Shown here one piece after another: positions 62,523 to 64,000 of a stretch of DNA of 64,000 nucleotides; positions within the stretch are counted from its first letter, which is position 1, and every line of letters starts with the position of its first letter. A model generated the notes under the pieces. That model had not been told where the DNA came from. It saw nothing but the letters and a program-made list of their open reading frames with translations, and did not search any database. The position numbers were made by a program, and so were the translations under genes. This DNA comes from Gammaproteobacteria bacterium (GTDB lineage: Bacteria; Pseudomonadota; Gammaproteobacteria; GCA-001735895), in the NCBI GenBank assembly GCA_030066335.1, contig JASJBV010000001.1, positions 9,065 through 73,064 on the forward strand, written 5' to 3'.

Positions 62523-63422
62523 TTAAGGTTTCGCCAGGCCAGAAGTGCTCAGGTTATATTCCTCTTTCATTGAACTCATGAAGTGAGCATCTTCACAGAG
62601 AAACATATGTTTGAAGATCAGGAACGCCCTGCTTTCATCCAGCAGAATTTCAAAAGGTATCTTGTTATCCTCGATCAGGTAATTCAGGCCATCTTTGAAA
62701 TTCCTGATATCTCCGGAAATATTCTGCGCTATGCCCTCGGTTTTTGGTTGGGCATTGGGAAAGATATTGAGCATAGGCTCATTATTTTCAAACAGGATTT
62801 CTCCACCGATGAATGGGCCATTACTTACCATCTTGTCCTTGTGGGTAAAACATAATTTTTCTACTTTTTCTTTATCTTTCAGAATGGCACCAGGCGAATT
62901 TTCCTCAGGAAACAGCTTCTGAAAAAACATCAGGTATTCAAGCGAAGGAGAATTCTTGAAGGTTTCATGTTCAGGATCCAACAGGGTGTGAACGTATTTA
63001 AGGAATTTCTTGGATATATTCTTGGGCAGATCGAATCCATATATCTGCAGTGATTTCTCCGGCATATAAATGCCTATCCCGATGGGCAGGATGTTGAGCG
63101 CATTGATAATCTTATCCAGCCCCCGATGGATTGAAATTTCCATCTTGACCGCCTTGTCAATCGGATCATTGCGGTAGGAAATGGCGATCGAATGGGAAGT
63201 TTGCCATTTGTTCTGTTCAGATTGAGGGATAACTTCAATTCTATGCTTCTGGTTAAGATTCAGATCTTTACCAGTGGAAATCAATTGCTGAATTTTCGAG
63301 TCTTTGAAAATCTGCCGATTGATCAATATTCTTCCCGGGCTTTCATTCCTCGGAAATAAGATATTTATATTTTCAGGCCTCATCTCCTGAAAATTGATAA
63401 ACATCAAGGTATTCCTATCCAT
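62523..63422 (-). CDS. hypothetical protein in AT-rich, atypical-composition segment
   Basis: 299-aa ORF rich in N/K/I/F; local GC well below the window average. Confidence 0.4.
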   Translation of the reverse strand: MDRNTLMFINFQEMRPENINILFPRNESPGRILINRQIFKDSKIQQLISTGKDLNLNQKHRIEVIPQSEQNKWQTSHSIAISYRNDPIDKAVKMEISIHRGLDKIINALNILPIGIGIYMPEKSLQIYGFDLPKNISKKFLKYVHTLLDPEHETFKNSPSLEYLMFFQKLFPEENSPGAILKDKEKVEKLCFTHKDKMVSNGPFIGGEILFENNEPMLNIFPNAQPKTEGIAQNISGDIRNFKDGLNYLIEDNKIPFEILLDESRAFLIFKHMFLCEDAHFMSSMKEEYNLSTSGLAKP

Positions 63423-63641
63423 TCGCCTTAATTCCGCTTATTTATCTGATTTTGTTTTGCTGAAGAGAACCATCGAACAACATTGATTATTTTACCAAAA
63501 AATAGCTGCGCCTTATCCGAAGCATGGAATATTTCACATTTTAATTGCGGTTTGATATTAGCGTCCGCTAATTTACTTATTGTTGCGGCCACCCGGGCCA
63601 ATGACAATCGACGGCGCAGTATAGCTAAAATCTGCTCCGGA

Positions 63642-64000
63642 TTAGAAATTGTAGACCAGAGTGACTGCGGTTTCGGTGTCGGTTTTGTCAAAACCCACCG
63701 GCACATCCGATGTACGCTTGTAGGTATAGGTAATTTTCATCGACAGGTTGTTATCTATCTGGGTCGAGAGGCCACTTACCGATTTGGTTATCCTGGTATC
63801 TTCACCGGTTTCCAATGTCAGCACCTCGGTGAATTTCGCGGTCTCGCTGACATCCCAGTCCAGTTTGGCCGCGGCGAGCAGCAGGGCTTCCTCTTCACTG
63901 ACACCATCATCGGTCTTGGTCTGGCGGGCACCCGGGCCGAGCTCAAGGTCCAGCTTTAACGTGACATCATCGATGAAGCGCCGGCCAAAACCCAGGGCCT
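63642..64000 (-). CDS. DUF481/YdiY-like outer-membrane beta-barrel protein, C-terminal part (partial at window edge)
   Basis: Frame stays open to the window end; C-terminus ...ETAVTLVYNF with terminal aromatic, typical OMP signature. Confidence 0.55.
   Translation of the reverse strand, partial: ALGFGRRFIDDVTLKLDLELGPGARQTKTDDGVSEEEALLLAAAKLDWDVSETAKFTEVLTLETGEDTRITKSVSGLSTQIDNNLSMKITYTYKRTSDVPVGFDKTDTETAVTLVYNF

Noticed and set aside
63428-63706. 92-aa minus-strand ORF
   Set aside because: Overlaps the 3' end of the DUF481 outer-membrane protein gene and spans an intergenic gap; no supporting signals
1-64000. Search for CRISPR arrays, rRNA and tRNA genes
   Set aside because: No regularly spaced direct repeats, no rRNA-like conserved stretches and no cloverleaf-like segments were noticed in intergenic regions; a tRNA scan by eye is not exhaustive

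Overview
This 64-kb window is a gene-dense chromosomal stretch of roughly 55-58% GC. A few AT-rich segments stand out: 17.35-17.98 kb, 62.4-63.7 kb and short intergenic leaders. Gene content points to a gammaproteobacterial sulfur-oxidising chemolithotroph, possibly halotolerant, with soxA/soxX c-type cytochromes and a sarcosine/dimethylglycine-N-methyltransferase-like enzyme. The taxon call is inference only. The window is dominated by signal transduction and transport. It has three separate modules in which a periplasmic substrate-binding protein is encoded immediately upstream of a sensor histidine kinase; one of these feeds a REC-PAS-GGDEF(degenerate)-EAL protein. It also carries two RND efflux systems, one fused to a YbbA/YbbP-like ABC pair; an NtrC/sigma54-looking amino-acid ABC importer; and a GGT + GsiBCDA-like + amidase glutathione/peptide utilisation cluster. 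The most notable locus is at 17.98-20.60 kb. It is a complete four-gene cassette with translationally coupled B/C/D genes: DUF2282 secreted Cys-containing precursor, DUF692 multinuclear non-heme iron oxidase (MNIO), DUF2063 partner, and DoxX membrane protein. This is the signature of the recently described bufferin family of RiPP metallophores, preceded by an unusually long ~630-bp AT-rich leader. Other items worth a second look are a ~270-bp MITE-like element with imperfect ~33-bp terminal inverted repeats wedged between an unusually short RND adaptor gene and its pump; an orphan Anbu proteasome-like protease lacking its usual operon partners; a TAT-exported thioredoxin-like protein coupled to an unknown secreted partner; a Cys-rich small lipoprotein; and an AT-rich ORFan that is probably horizontally acquired. 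No rRNA, tRNA or CRISPR array was recognised. All calls are from reading the sequence and ORF translations; no database search was possible.
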